From: Candidatus Aenigmatarchaeota archaeon
GTDB lineage: Archaea; Aenigmatarchaeota; Aenigmatarchaeia; CG10238-14; SCSR01
Length of the DNA: 64,000 nucleotides
Reading direction: 5' to 3'
Assembly: GCA_030615205.1 (NCBI GenBank)
Contig: JAUWZS010000001.1
Span: forward strand, 10,019-74,018
The notes below the pieces were generated by a model, which was given only the letters and a program-made list of their open reading frames with translations, made no database searches and was not told the DNA's origin. Below, in pieces: positions 51,212 through 59,299 of this stretch. A program made the position numbers and the translations under genes. How positions within the stretch are numbered: position 1 is the stretch's first letter; every line of letters begins with the position of its first letter.

Positions 51212-51839
51212 AAGCGGTGAGAACATAACAATAATAGCGACAATAGTCGGAATCGATCCAGGTACAAACACTGGCATAGCTGTGCTCGATCTGCACGGTC
51301 GCCTAATTCATCTGTCAAGCAAACGCAATATTGGAAAAAGCGAAATTATAAGAAGGGTAACAAAATTCGGAAAACCGTTGATTGTAACTGTGGATGTGGC
51401 ACCAGCGCCGAGGAATGTTGAGAGAATAGCAAGTTCTATGGGTAGTATTTTATTCCTATTAGAAAAATCTATATCAACTAAAGAAAAGAACGACATTGTC
51501 AAACGATTCAAAAGGAAGTACAAAAAGGAATTTGGAATAGAGCTGAAAATTGGAAATAGACATGAACGAGATGCGCTCGCTGCATCTGTAAAAGCATGGA
51601 AAGGTAACAACTATTTGTTACGGAAAGTGAACAATGCACTGCACAGGCGTGGCTTGGAAAGAATATTCGACAATGTTGTAGAGATATTGGTAAAGGGTGA
51701 AAGTGAAAACATAACGAATGCTATAAGCGAAGTTTTGAAAGGTAGGAAATTGAGAAAAAGAATAAAGAGGAGGGCACATGCCAAAAAGAGGAAAAAGAAG
51801 AGAATTCGAGTTAAGCGAAAGAGGCGTGGAAAAGGTTGA
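51120..51839 (+). CDS. DUF460 (COG2433) RNase-H-fold putative nuclease with a K/R-rich C-terminal tail
   Basis: IVGIDPGTNTGIAVLDLHG...PLIVTVDVAPAPRNVERIA...NRHERDALAASVKAW. The start is uncertain: the only in-frame starts (51120, 51147) overlap the upstream gene by 65-92 nt. Confidence 0.7.
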   Translation: MQQVRKSCEMLRVLGKNSPSASEKFWRRGIRSGENITIIATIVGIDPGTNTGIAVLDLHGRLIHLSSKRNIGKSEIIRRVTKFGKPLIVTVDVAPAPRNVERIASSMGSILFLLEKSISTKEKNDIVKRFKRKYKKEFGIELKIGNRHERDALAASVKAWKGNNYLLRKVNNALHRRGLERIFDNVVEILVKGESENITNAISEVLKGRKLRKRIKRRAHAKKRKKKRIRVKRKRRGKG

Positions 51840-51840
51840 G

Positions 51841-52362
51841 ATGCTGGCAGACTTTTTGATAAAGTTCAATCTGCTTGCAATCCCTATGTACATAGTCCTT
51901 TTCTTAGGCATAGAACTTTATCCGTTGCAGATAGCTCTGACCGATTTAGTTCATGGAATTATTACAGCGCTAGGATATGAGGCTGTGAAAAATGGTATAA
52001 TGCTGACGTTTGTAAACCCACCGTTCGCCGCTACAATTGTAATGGGCATTGACTGCACAGCTTGGAAAAGCATGTACGCTCTTGCTGCGCTGATGCTTGC
52101 AAGCCCGGTTGCAAATGATAAGAAGAAGTTGAAATATATTCTGCTCGGCATATTGTTTGTATTCGTGCTAAATATAATTCGATTGGTTACAACAGTTTTA
52201 ATCGGCTACCAATTCGGTATGGGTTATCTGGACATTGTGCACACATTGCTTTGGCGTGAGGGTATGATATTCGCTGTTATTGCTATTTGGCTACTATGGA
52301 TTAAAAAGCAAAAAGTAATATTTAGAAAAAAACAAACCATTCTTAGAAAGCTATTGCATTAG
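51841..52362 (+). CDS. small exosortase/archaeosortase-family membrane protein
   Basis: The conserved Cys (GIDCTAWKS), Arg (LNIIRLV) and His (DIVHTLLWREG) appear in the family order across five TM segments. The start is taken at MLADF (51841), directly after the upstream stop; the track start is 51778. Confidence 0.6.
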   Translation: MLADFLIKFNLLAIPMYIVLFLGIELYPLQIALTDLVHGIITALGYEAVKNGIMLTFVNPPFAATIVMGIDCTAWKSMYALAALMLASPVANDKKKLKYILLGILFVFVLNIIRLVTTVLIGYQFGMGYLDIVHTLLWREGMIFAVIAIWLLWIKKQKVIFRKKQTILRKLLH

Positions 52363-52372
52363 AGGTGTATTT

Positions 52373-53917
52373 TTGCCTAAAAGAAGAACTACAAAAGTTC
52401 CGGAAGACTTTGCTAGGATAGAAAATAAATTCAAGCTTAGTCTTGTGAATATGGAAAAGCGTTTTGTGGAATTGGAAATGACCATTTCTGAGCTCAGTGA
52501 GCGATTAAAAGCTGGGCAAATAGAATCAATTAAAGTTTTGAACCAGCGTGTTGAAGGTATAGAAGATCTAATACTGGTTGAACAGGCCGGGCTGGGTGAG
52601 CTGAAAAAAATGATGGAACGTGCTGATACAAGATTTCAAACAGCCATCGAACTAGACAAAAGACTTGAGAGCCGACTTGAAGGAAAGCTGAAAGGGAAGC
52701 TTGAAGAGGAGCTTGAACATAAGCTCAGTACTGTTGAAAATAAAATGGCTGATGTGAAGAAGAGTCTAGCTAGCGTAGAAGAACTTGCGAAAACTGCTGC
52801 CGAGAAGGCAGAAAAGCCCAGCGAATTGCCCGATGAAACTAAAGAAAGAATCTCGCTTATTGAAAAAGAAATCGCCAAAATCAAGACCAGTTCTCCAGTC
52901 GAAAGCATCAGCCCATTAGAAATTGGTGAGCTTAGGACCAGGATGAAGGAGTTGGAAGCGCAGACATCAGTCACCGGACAATTGGTAAATGATTTGAAAA
53001 GCGTCATAGATGAAAAAATCAAAGCAGCTGTTAAAGACGTCCAATTTGGCACAGCAGGATTTGAATTTATGAATTCTAAAATAGAGTCACTTAAAGCCGG
53101 TATAGATGTGTTGGGTGATAAAAGAATCGAAATAGATATGAAAATGAGCGGTTTAGAAGAAAAAATCAGCTTATTGGAGAGACGTGGAAAAGACTCGCTG
53201 CCGGATAAACTGCTTGACGAAGTAAAAACGAGTAAACGAGAGCTCAGCACGAACAAGGTAAAGATAGAATCTCTGGAAAGAGTTGTACGAGAACTGACTG
53301 CACATATGCAAAAAATAGAAAATACGGCGAAGAGATTTGAAAGTTTAGAACGATTAACAAATCTAAAGAAAGAAGTAGATGAAAAACTCAGGAGGTTCAA
53401 ATTCCTAGAAGAGGGGATGTCAAAGCTTTCGGATCGTGTAGAGTTTATGTACAACGACTTGGACAAACGCTTGATGAGTATAAAGAACCAGAAAAAGGAT
53501 ATAGATCATCTCTCTGGCAACATCTCTGAGCTAATAAAAACTATTGAACAGATTAGGATAGATATGAAAAACCGTGTTGATAGAAAAGACCTGGAAAAGA
53601 AGTTGCTTGCTGTTGAAGATAAAATTGGATATGAACTGGAGAAGATGAAAGCGCAAGAAGCCAAATGGAAAAAAGAAAAAGAGCTGCCAGAAGATCTCAA
53701 AAACGCAGTAGATAACTTGAGTATGAGGATGTCCGAAATTGAAAGGGCATTGGAAATGGTTCAATCGTCTATTAGCGAATTGCCTCAAAGAGCACAGCCG
53801 CCGCCAGCGTATGATGCTCATTTGAAAGAGCTTGTCAATAAGCTTGTATTTTTAGAAAGCAAGTTGGCTGCAATGGAGTCCACATTCCAAAAACCTCGGC
53901 CTGTAGTTCTTGAATGA
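52373..53917 (+). CDS. long coiled-coil protein (514 aa)
   Basis: Heptad-rich E/K/L composition throughout and no enzymatic motif. The TTG start is preceded by GAGGTG. Confidence 0.7.
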   Translation: MPKRRTTKVPEDFARIENKFKLSLVNMEKRFVELEMTISELSERLKAGQIESIKVLNQRVEGIEDLILVEQAGLGELKKMMERADTRFQTAIELDKRLESRLEGKLKGKLEEELEHKLSTVENKMADVKKSLASVEELAKTAAEKAEKPSELPDETKERISLIEKEIAKIKTSSPVESISPLEIGELRTRMKELEAQTSVTGQLVNDLKSVIDEKIKAAVKDVQFGTAGFEFMNSKIESLKAGIDVLGDKRIEIDMKMSGLEEKISLLERRGKDSLPDKLLDEVKTSKRELSTNKVKIESLERVVRELTAHMQKIENTAKRFESLERLTNLKKEVDEKLRRFKFLEEGMSKLSDRVEFMYNDLDKRLMSIKNQKKDIDHLSGNISELIKTIEQIRIDMKNRVDRKDLEKKLLAVEDKIGYELEKMKAQEAKWKKEKELPEDLKNAVDNLSMRMSEIERALEMVQSSISELPQRAQPPPAYDAHLKELVNKLVFLESKLAAMESTFQKPRPVVLE

Positions 53918-54029
53918 TTTTAATCTCTTCGAATGATTTTAATGTATAGTAAAATCTGTAAGATTTTTAAGTCTTTAATAGGGAGACCAAGCTGATTATA
54001 AAAATAGGAGTTATAATGGAGGATTATTC

Positions 54030-56138
54030 ATGACTACTAACATAATAATAACCGAAAAACCAGACGCCTCGAGAAAAATAGCGGAGGCTCTTTCCGGAAA
54101 ATACGATAAATCTCTAAAGAAAAAAGAAAAACGAAGAGCATACTGGTACGAATTCAGAAAAGGAAAGAACAAATTCTTTATAGTTCCAGCTGTAGGCCAT
54201 GTATTCGCGCTTGACACAGTAAAAGATGGTAAGGGTTGGAGCTATCCGACTTTTAAAACCCAATGGGTGCCCAGCTTTCAGAAAAAAGGATCGGAATTCT
54301 CTGAAAAATATTACAGAAACATCGAAGATGTCTTATCAAAAATATCAGAAAATGATTCAAAGGCTAATTTTATCATTGCCACAGATTATGACAGAGAAGG
54401 CAGCGTGATTGGGTATAACATTCTCAGATTTTTAGGAAAAAGAGATGATGCTGAGCGCATGAAGTTCTCCACACTCACAAAAGATGAACTAATAGAATCT
54501 TATGAAACCCGCTCTAAACATCTGGATTTTGGACAAATCGAATCCGGGCTCACACGGGTCTATTTGGATTTTTATTGGGGCATCAACCTGACACGCGCAC
54601 TAACACTTGCAATGAAAAGCGTAGCTGACAGGGGATTCGCAATCCTGTCAACAGGCCGCGTGCAAGGACCAACATTGGCTATGCTGCTTGAGAAAGAGCT
54701 GGAGGTTCGCCAATTCAGACCTAAACCATTCTGGCAACTGGAAGCAATAATCAAAATAAATAAAGCAGAGTTCGTTGCAACATATGAAAAAGAGAGAATA
54801 TGGGAAAAAGAGGACGCTGTGAGCATATACAAAGCGTGTAAGGCCCGTGATGCAAAAGCGATTGTAAAAAACATAAAAAAACGAAAGTACAAACAAAAAC
54901 CGCCTGTTCCATTCAACACAACAGACATGCAATCCGAAGCATATACACAATTCAAATATTCGCCAAAGCAGACACTAAGCATTGTTGAAAGCCTGTACCA
55001 AGCCGGAGCAATATCGTACCCCCGTTCGTCATCGCAAAAGCTGCCGCCTAGTATAAACTACAAACGAATCCTTCAAGCACTTGCAAAGCTTAAGCTGTAC
55101 GAAGCATTCGCAAAAGAATTATTGAAAAAATCCAAGCTCATTCCAAACGAAGGCAAACGCACAGATCTAGCACATCCAGCAATATATCCTACATTTGAAC
55201 CGCCCGCGCTCGCAAAACTAACCGGACAACAAAAAAGAATGTATGATTTAATTGTCCGGCGATTCATAGCTGTGTTCGCAAAACACGCACTCCGCGAAAG
55301 CATCACCGTAGACCTGGACATAGAAAACAATAAATTCAGACTCAATGGCAAAACAACAATCGAACCCGGGTGGACAAAATACTATGGAAAATATTTGGCA
55401 TTTGAAGAACAGCAGCTACCAGACCTAAAAGTCGGCGATGAGCTGGATATAAAGAAAATTGATATGTTCGAGAAAGAAACGCAACCGCCTGGACGTTTCA
55501 GCCAAGGTTCGATATTAAAAGAAATGGAAAAGCATGGCATCGGAACGCGTGCCACTCGCGCTGAAATCTTGCAAACACTCTACAACCGCAAATACATAAC
55601 AGGCAAAAGCATAAACGTAACAAAGCTCGGAGAGACTGTAACAACTGTACTGAAAAAACATTGTCCTCGAATACTCAGCGAAGAACTCACGCGACGATTT
55701 GAAGAAGAAATGGAAGAAGTCTACAACAGCAAGAAAAAACGCGAGCAAGTTGTCAAAGAAGCTAAAAACATATTAATAGAAACTCTCAGCGAATTCAAAA
55801 ACAACGAAAAAGAAATCGGTAAACAACTGCTTGACGGCTTGATCGAATCGAGAAAAGAAGAGTATAGAATAGGCGTATGTCCTAAATGCAGCAGTGAATT
55901 GAGAATAATAGTTTCCAAACGTACTAGAAAACGTTTCGTTGGTTGTAGCAGTTATCCTGAATGCAAAACAGCATTTCCACTTCCTCAGAGAGGATTTATA
56001 ACAAAACTCAACACAGCCTGCAAAGACTGCGGACTGCCAATGATACAAATCAAGCGAAAAGGTAGGCGGCCATATCGTATGTGCATAAATCATGAATGCA
56101 AATCAAAGGAAAATTGGGGAAAGAAAAAGAAAAAATAA
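54030..56138 (+). CDS. topA: type IA DNA topoisomerase (TopA/Topo III-like) with C-terminal zinc ribbons
   Basis: Toprim motifs IIITEKPDASRKIA and ATDYDREGS, the catalytic Tyr in GAISYPRSSS, and CPKCSS...CSSYPEC and C..C...C.H ribbons. Confidence 0.95.
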   Translation: MTTNIIITEKPDASRKIAEALSGKYDKSLKKKEKRRAYWYEFRKGKNKFFIVPAVGHVFALDTVKDGKGWSYPTFKTQWVPSFQKKGSEFSEKYYRNIEDVLSKISENDSKANFIIATDYDREGSVIGYNILRFLGKRDDAERMKFSTLTKDELIESYETRSKHLDFGQIESGLTRVYLDFYWGINLTRALTLAMKSVADRGFAILSTGRVQGPTLAMLLEKELEVRQFRPKPFWQLEAIIKINKAEFVATYEKERIWEKEDAVSIYKACKARDAKAIVKNIKKRKYKQKPPVPFNTTDMQSEAYTQFKYSPKQTLSIVESLYQAGAISYPRSSSQKLPPSINYKRILQALAKLKLYEAFAKELLKKSKLIPNEGKRTDLAHPAIYPTFEPPALAKLTGQQKRMYDLIVRRFIAVFAKHALRESITVDLDIENNKFRLNGKTTIEPGWTKYYGKYLAFEEQQLPDLKVGDELDIKKIDMFEKETQPPGRFSQGSILKEMEKHGIGTRATRAEILQTLYNRKYITGKSINVTKLGETVTTVLKKHCPRILSEELTRRFEEEMEEVYNSKKKREQVVKEAKNILIETLSEFKNNEKEIGKQLLDGLIESRKEEYRIGVCPKCSSELRIIVSKRTRKRFVGCSSYPECKTAFPLPQRGFITKLNTACKDCGLPMIQIKRKGRRPYRMCINHECKSKENWGKKKKK

Positions 56139-56169
56139 ATTTATTAGTTCTAAAAATCCAATTCTAATC

Positions 56170-56412
56170 ATGGTAAAGCGTAAGAGATCTGTGAAGAAAT
56201 TGAAAACTAGAAATAATATAACAATAAAATTGTTGCCGCTGTTTATAATAACCGTTTGCATAGTATTCTCGTTCTTGTTTACTGTTATGATGGTACCATT
56301 AGGTAACGTAACAGCAGATATAAAATCCCTATTTCTGATGCTTCTGGTCGTTAGCACAACAGTCGCTTCAGCAGTTTCGATAATATTCTATACCTTCTTT
56401 TTAAAGAAGTAG
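56170..56412 (+). CDS. small two-TM membrane protein with a basic N-terminus
   Basis: MVKRKRSVKKLKTRNN is followed by two hydrophobic helices. The internal Met is preferred over the track start at 56092, which overlaps topA. Confidence 0.5.
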   Translation: MVKRKRSVKKLKTRNNITIKLLPLFIITVCIVFSFLFTVMMVPLGNVTADIKSLFLMLLVVSTTVASAVSIIFYTFFLKK

Positions 56413-56422
56413 ATCCGATAAG

Positions 56423-56452
56423 TTAACAGAACCAAAAACCGTGTTCTGTTAA
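56423..56452. repeat. 30-nt hairpin element, copy 1 (TTAACAGAAC-N10-GTTCTGTTAA)
   Basis: The 10-bp arms are perfect and the spacer is caaaaaccgt. A near-identical copy lies at 59133-59162. Confidence 0.9.
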
Positions 56453-56653
56453 TTTGAGGGGTTCTGGATGAACTGTTAACTGCGGGGCTTTTGCACTATG
56501 ACTTAGTCCAATTTGGAATGCTCATCTTTATAAATAATCATACACCATAACTTACTAACATAATTTAAACTCCAACAGAAAGAAACTTGTGTTGTTCTAA
56601 CTCACGAACAGCGTTTTCTGAAGTTGGATAATAATTAGTTGGAGGTATATTTA

Positions 56654-57631
56654 ATGAGTTTAAGAGTTCGTAACAAAGGATTTGAAGTTCACAGAACCTT
56701 AAAAGGACAGTTCTGTGGCAGAGTTGTCGATATAAAAATTGATGGTGTTACCATAGAAACACCAAAAACAGTCCCAAGCAAAAAAGAGCTTGAATATTTT
56801 TCTCAAGCTGATAGGCGAACAGCAGATTTGTCTGTAGTTCAATATGTTACACAAATGAGACATTTTGGAGGATTCCAAAGTTCTGCAGACCAGACAAGAG
56901 AAAAACTGTTATATGAATCGTTTCTTCGAGCGAACCAAGGTAGCATTGTAGATTTCTTTCTCCAATATCCACACCGTTTTAATTTGACTAACAGACAACA
57001 AGCTATGGCTATGGATTTACAAAACGACACTGTCTCAAAATTTGTTTCTCACTTTGAACAAAATAGAAATCAGAAAGCAGATGTTTTCGAAAAGGAAATC
57101 ATATTGCTAAGGAAAACATACAACGACAAGATATTTACCCCGAGCGTTCATATGAAAACAGAAAAGGAGGGACTCATAAGAAAAAAGGTTAAGGTAGTGT
57201 TGAATAACGGTTTTCAGAGAGTGAATGTCATTTACGCTTCAATACTTGAAAACCCATCAAATTGGTTCGCACTTTCTAACTTAATTTATGACAAAGACTT
57301 ATGGGTTAACGTGGTTGGGGTTTTACCACGAATGACAATAAAAGAAAAAACTGCTATGATTCCTTGGACATTCCTCTTTGGAGCTAATACAACATCTTTA
57401 GCTAAAGCTTGGGGTGGTGGTTCAGCGTATCCACGCCATTTAAACAGAGATACATCTTGCTTTGATATAGTGGACAGGAATATTTCATATCCAAAATCAA
57501 GAGCAGAAAATGTTAAAGAAACTGAAATAGTAAGTCAAGATATTAAAAATAGTATATTGCAACAAAACTTATTCAGAAATCTTGTTCGTAACAGAGCAGG
57601 ACTTAGGGATATCATTAACAGACTGCGCTAA
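56654..57631 (+). CDS. hypothetical protein with collinear TGT/DpdA-like (tRNA/DNA-guanine transglycosylase) motifs
   Basis: GGAGGT lies 8 nt upstream of ATG 56654 (the track uses TTG 56639). [28 protein letters not shown] resembles the Tgt N-terminus FEL...GRLVF.[20 protein letters not shown] resembles DSGGFQ, and VVGVLPRMT resembles FDCVLPTR. The Tgt sequences are recalled from memory. Confidence 0.35.
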   Translation: [325 protein letters not shown]

Positions 57632-57898
57632 TGGATGTGAACCTATTACATCCATAATTTCTTTTTTGAATTTTTTAGTTCTCGCTTGGATTAGATTTCT
57701 ACAGTGGGTTTCTTGTAGACCATCTTTAAAGGAGTTGAAAGGAAGGCAATTTAATCTTTCTTTTTTTTCTTTATTACAATTTACGCAAATTTTCTTTCGA
57801 TAGTCCCAATTATATTTTAGAAGTCTTTGCTCCAAAAGAAATCCTTGATTATTCCATTCTTTAATATCCTGAGAAATATTTTTAGTTCTTGTTATCAT
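57569..57898 (-). CDS. hypothetical Cys/His-containing protein (possible zinc finger)
   Basis: 109 aa with ICVNCNKEKK...ETHC. Its 3' end overlaps the convergent 56654..57631 ORF by 63 nt. Confidence 0.45.
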   Translation of the reverse strand: MITRTKNISQDIKEWNNQGFLLEQRLLKYNWDYRKKICVNCNKEKKERLNCLPFNSFKDGLQETHCRNLIQARTKKFKKEIMDVIGSHPLAQSVNDIPKSCSVTNKISE

Positions 57899-57912
57899 AT
57901 TAGTAATATTAG

Positions 57913-57956
57913 TATTTTTAGTATAAATACTATTTCTACTATTTTTAGTATAAATA
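57913..57956. promoter_or_regulatory. two perfect 17-bp direct repeats (tatttttagtataaata), each containing a TATA-like box
   Basis: The copies lie at 57913-57929 and 57940-57956, in the divergent spacer between 57898(-) and 57991(+). Confidence 0.6.
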
Positions 57957-57990
57957 GTAGATTTAATATACTACGATTTAAATTATAATT

Positions 57991-58158
57991 ATGGGTGAAA
58001 AGATTTTGGATACATCAGAAATAGAGAAAAAAAGAAATTATCAATTGACTTTAAAAAGACGTGTTAGAGAAGCATTAGGTATTAAAAATCAAGCTAAAAA
58101 AGTTGAACTAAAATTTATTTTAGATGGTAAAAAAGTTGTAATAAAGAAAAATGAATAA
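57991..58158 (+). CDS. AbrB/SpoVT/MazE-type DNA-binding mini-protein (55 aa)
   Basis: Hand translation: MGEKILDTSEIEKKRNYQLTLKRRVREALGIKNQAKKVELKFILDGKKVVIKKNE. It fits the swapped-hairpin pattern y.vtiPk.vReaLgik. Confidence 0.55.
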   Translation: MGEKILDTSEIEKKRNYQLTLKRRVREALGIKNQAKKVELKFILDGKKVVIKKNE

Positions 58159-58165
58159 GTTTTTG

Positions 58166-58324
58166 CTATTTTTTCTTAATCCAATCCTTTATCGCTTCGG
58201 ATAGGGCTATTGTTATGTTACCCTTCTTGAACCCAAGTTTTTTTACGACAGCTTCTCTGAATCTCTTGTCAAGTTCTACATAGACTCGCAGTATAGTTTT
58301 GTGATTGAGGCGAACGGAACTAAC
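58166..58324 (-). pseudogene. ribbon-helix-helix (CopG/Arc-like) reading frame with no ATG/GTG/TTG start
   Basis: Hand translation: ...KTILRVYVELDKRFREAVVKKLGFKKGNITIALSEAIKDWIKKK*. The frame is open back to a TAA at about 58370 but contains no canonical start codon. Confidence 0.35.
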
Positions 58325-58568
58325 GTTAGGAAAAATATAAATAGGAATGTCAACAAAAAATAAGTAAGATTAGCAGGGAGGACATCGCTGACCATCCCTG
58401 CCAGTTATCATTAGAACGATGTTCTAACTCACTAAATAAAAGTTGGATTTCGTGCATATATAAAATAGTTAGTTTGGCGCGGTTTGGACGGTAGTTCTAC
58501 TTGATTCTTGGCTCATAAGGTCAGCACCTCCTTGAAAATCTGTTAAAAGAATGGAGGTGAAAGAAAAA

Positions 58569-58730
58569 ATGGCTAAGAAATACAATCCATACGAAGCAGC
58601 TGCTCGATATTATAGTCTGACTAAAAAGCTAATAAAAGACCACGATACTAAAATGATGGAACAGTTAGATAATATCAAAACAAGTCTTACCGAGATTAAA
58701 GAAGCTTTGAAAATAGAGCAAAAAGCTTAG
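58569..58730 (+). CDS. 53-aa helical hypothetical protein
   Basis: GGAGGTG lies 9 nt upstream. The translation is MAKKYNPYEAAARYYSLTKKLIKDHDTKMMEQLDNIKTSLTEIKEALKIEQKA. Confidence 0.45.
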   Translation: MAKKYNPYEAAARYYSLTKKLIKDHDTKMMEQLDNIKTSLTEIKEALKIEQKA

Positions 58731-59017
58731 TCTTTAAAGGCGGTTTTGGGGATTGAGACTTCTGTTTCTTTTCCCATACTTCTGAAAATTAATGATATCT
58801 TCTCAGAACTGTTGCTTATGAACAGATATCTATCGGGCTCATCTTTTCGAATTGAAAAACTATCAGCTTCTTTTGATACAACTTTTTCAATTAGCGGGAG
58901 AATTTCAAAATTGATTTGTTCTTCAATCCTCTTAATAATCTGCATAGCTTCAGATGAAGAAATCGGCTTCTCCATCATAGCGTTCTCTTGTTTTTTAAGA
59001 ATTAGGTTGGCACTCAT
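58727..59017 (-). CDS. hypothetical protein
   Basis: 96-aa ORF, convergent with the 53-aa ORF and overlapping it by 4 nt. Confidence 0.5.
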   Translation of the reverse strand: MSANLILKKQENAMMEKPISSSEAMQIIKRIEEQINFEILPLIEKVVSKEADSFSIRKDEPDRYLFISNSSEKISLIFRSMGKETEVSIPKTAFKD

Positions 59018-59132
59018 AATATCACTATATTATTTATGGGATAAGTATTATACCTCGCTTTCGATGGGGGGCAAGTCCGATGAGCCCCGATGGTTAACAA
59101 CACTTTACTTTCACCTCAAAAGCCCTGCTAAA

Positions 59133-59162
59133 TTAACAGAACATCAAACCGGGTTCTGTTAA
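59133..59162. repeat. 30-nt hairpin element, copy 2 (TTAACAGAAC-N10-GTTCTGTTAA)
   Basis: The arms are the same perfect 10-bp sequences as copy 1. The spacer atcaaaccgg compared with caaaaaccgt indicates direct orientation. Confidence 0.9.
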
Positions 59163-59299
59163 GTCTTTAATTGGTAAGCAAAATTTGACATCTTTGTTCA
59201 ATTCCGATTGGTAGAATCTGTTAAATCTCAATTGTTAAAAATCGATTGGTTTTTATGGCTTTGCATAAAGTTAACTTAATCAATTGCAATTAGTTATTT

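Noticed and set aside
52636-53466. 276-aa Ser/Leu/Phe-rich ORF antisense to the coiled-coil gene
   Set aside because: It is a mirror-frame artefact of a GAA/AAG/CTT-rich coiled-coil coding sequence. The sense frame is longer, has an SD and has heptad periodicity.
56423-59162. CRISPR array
   Set aside because: There are only two copies of the 30-nt palindromic element, 2.7 kb apart, with protein-coding genes between them. No regularly spaced repeats occur anywhere in the window.
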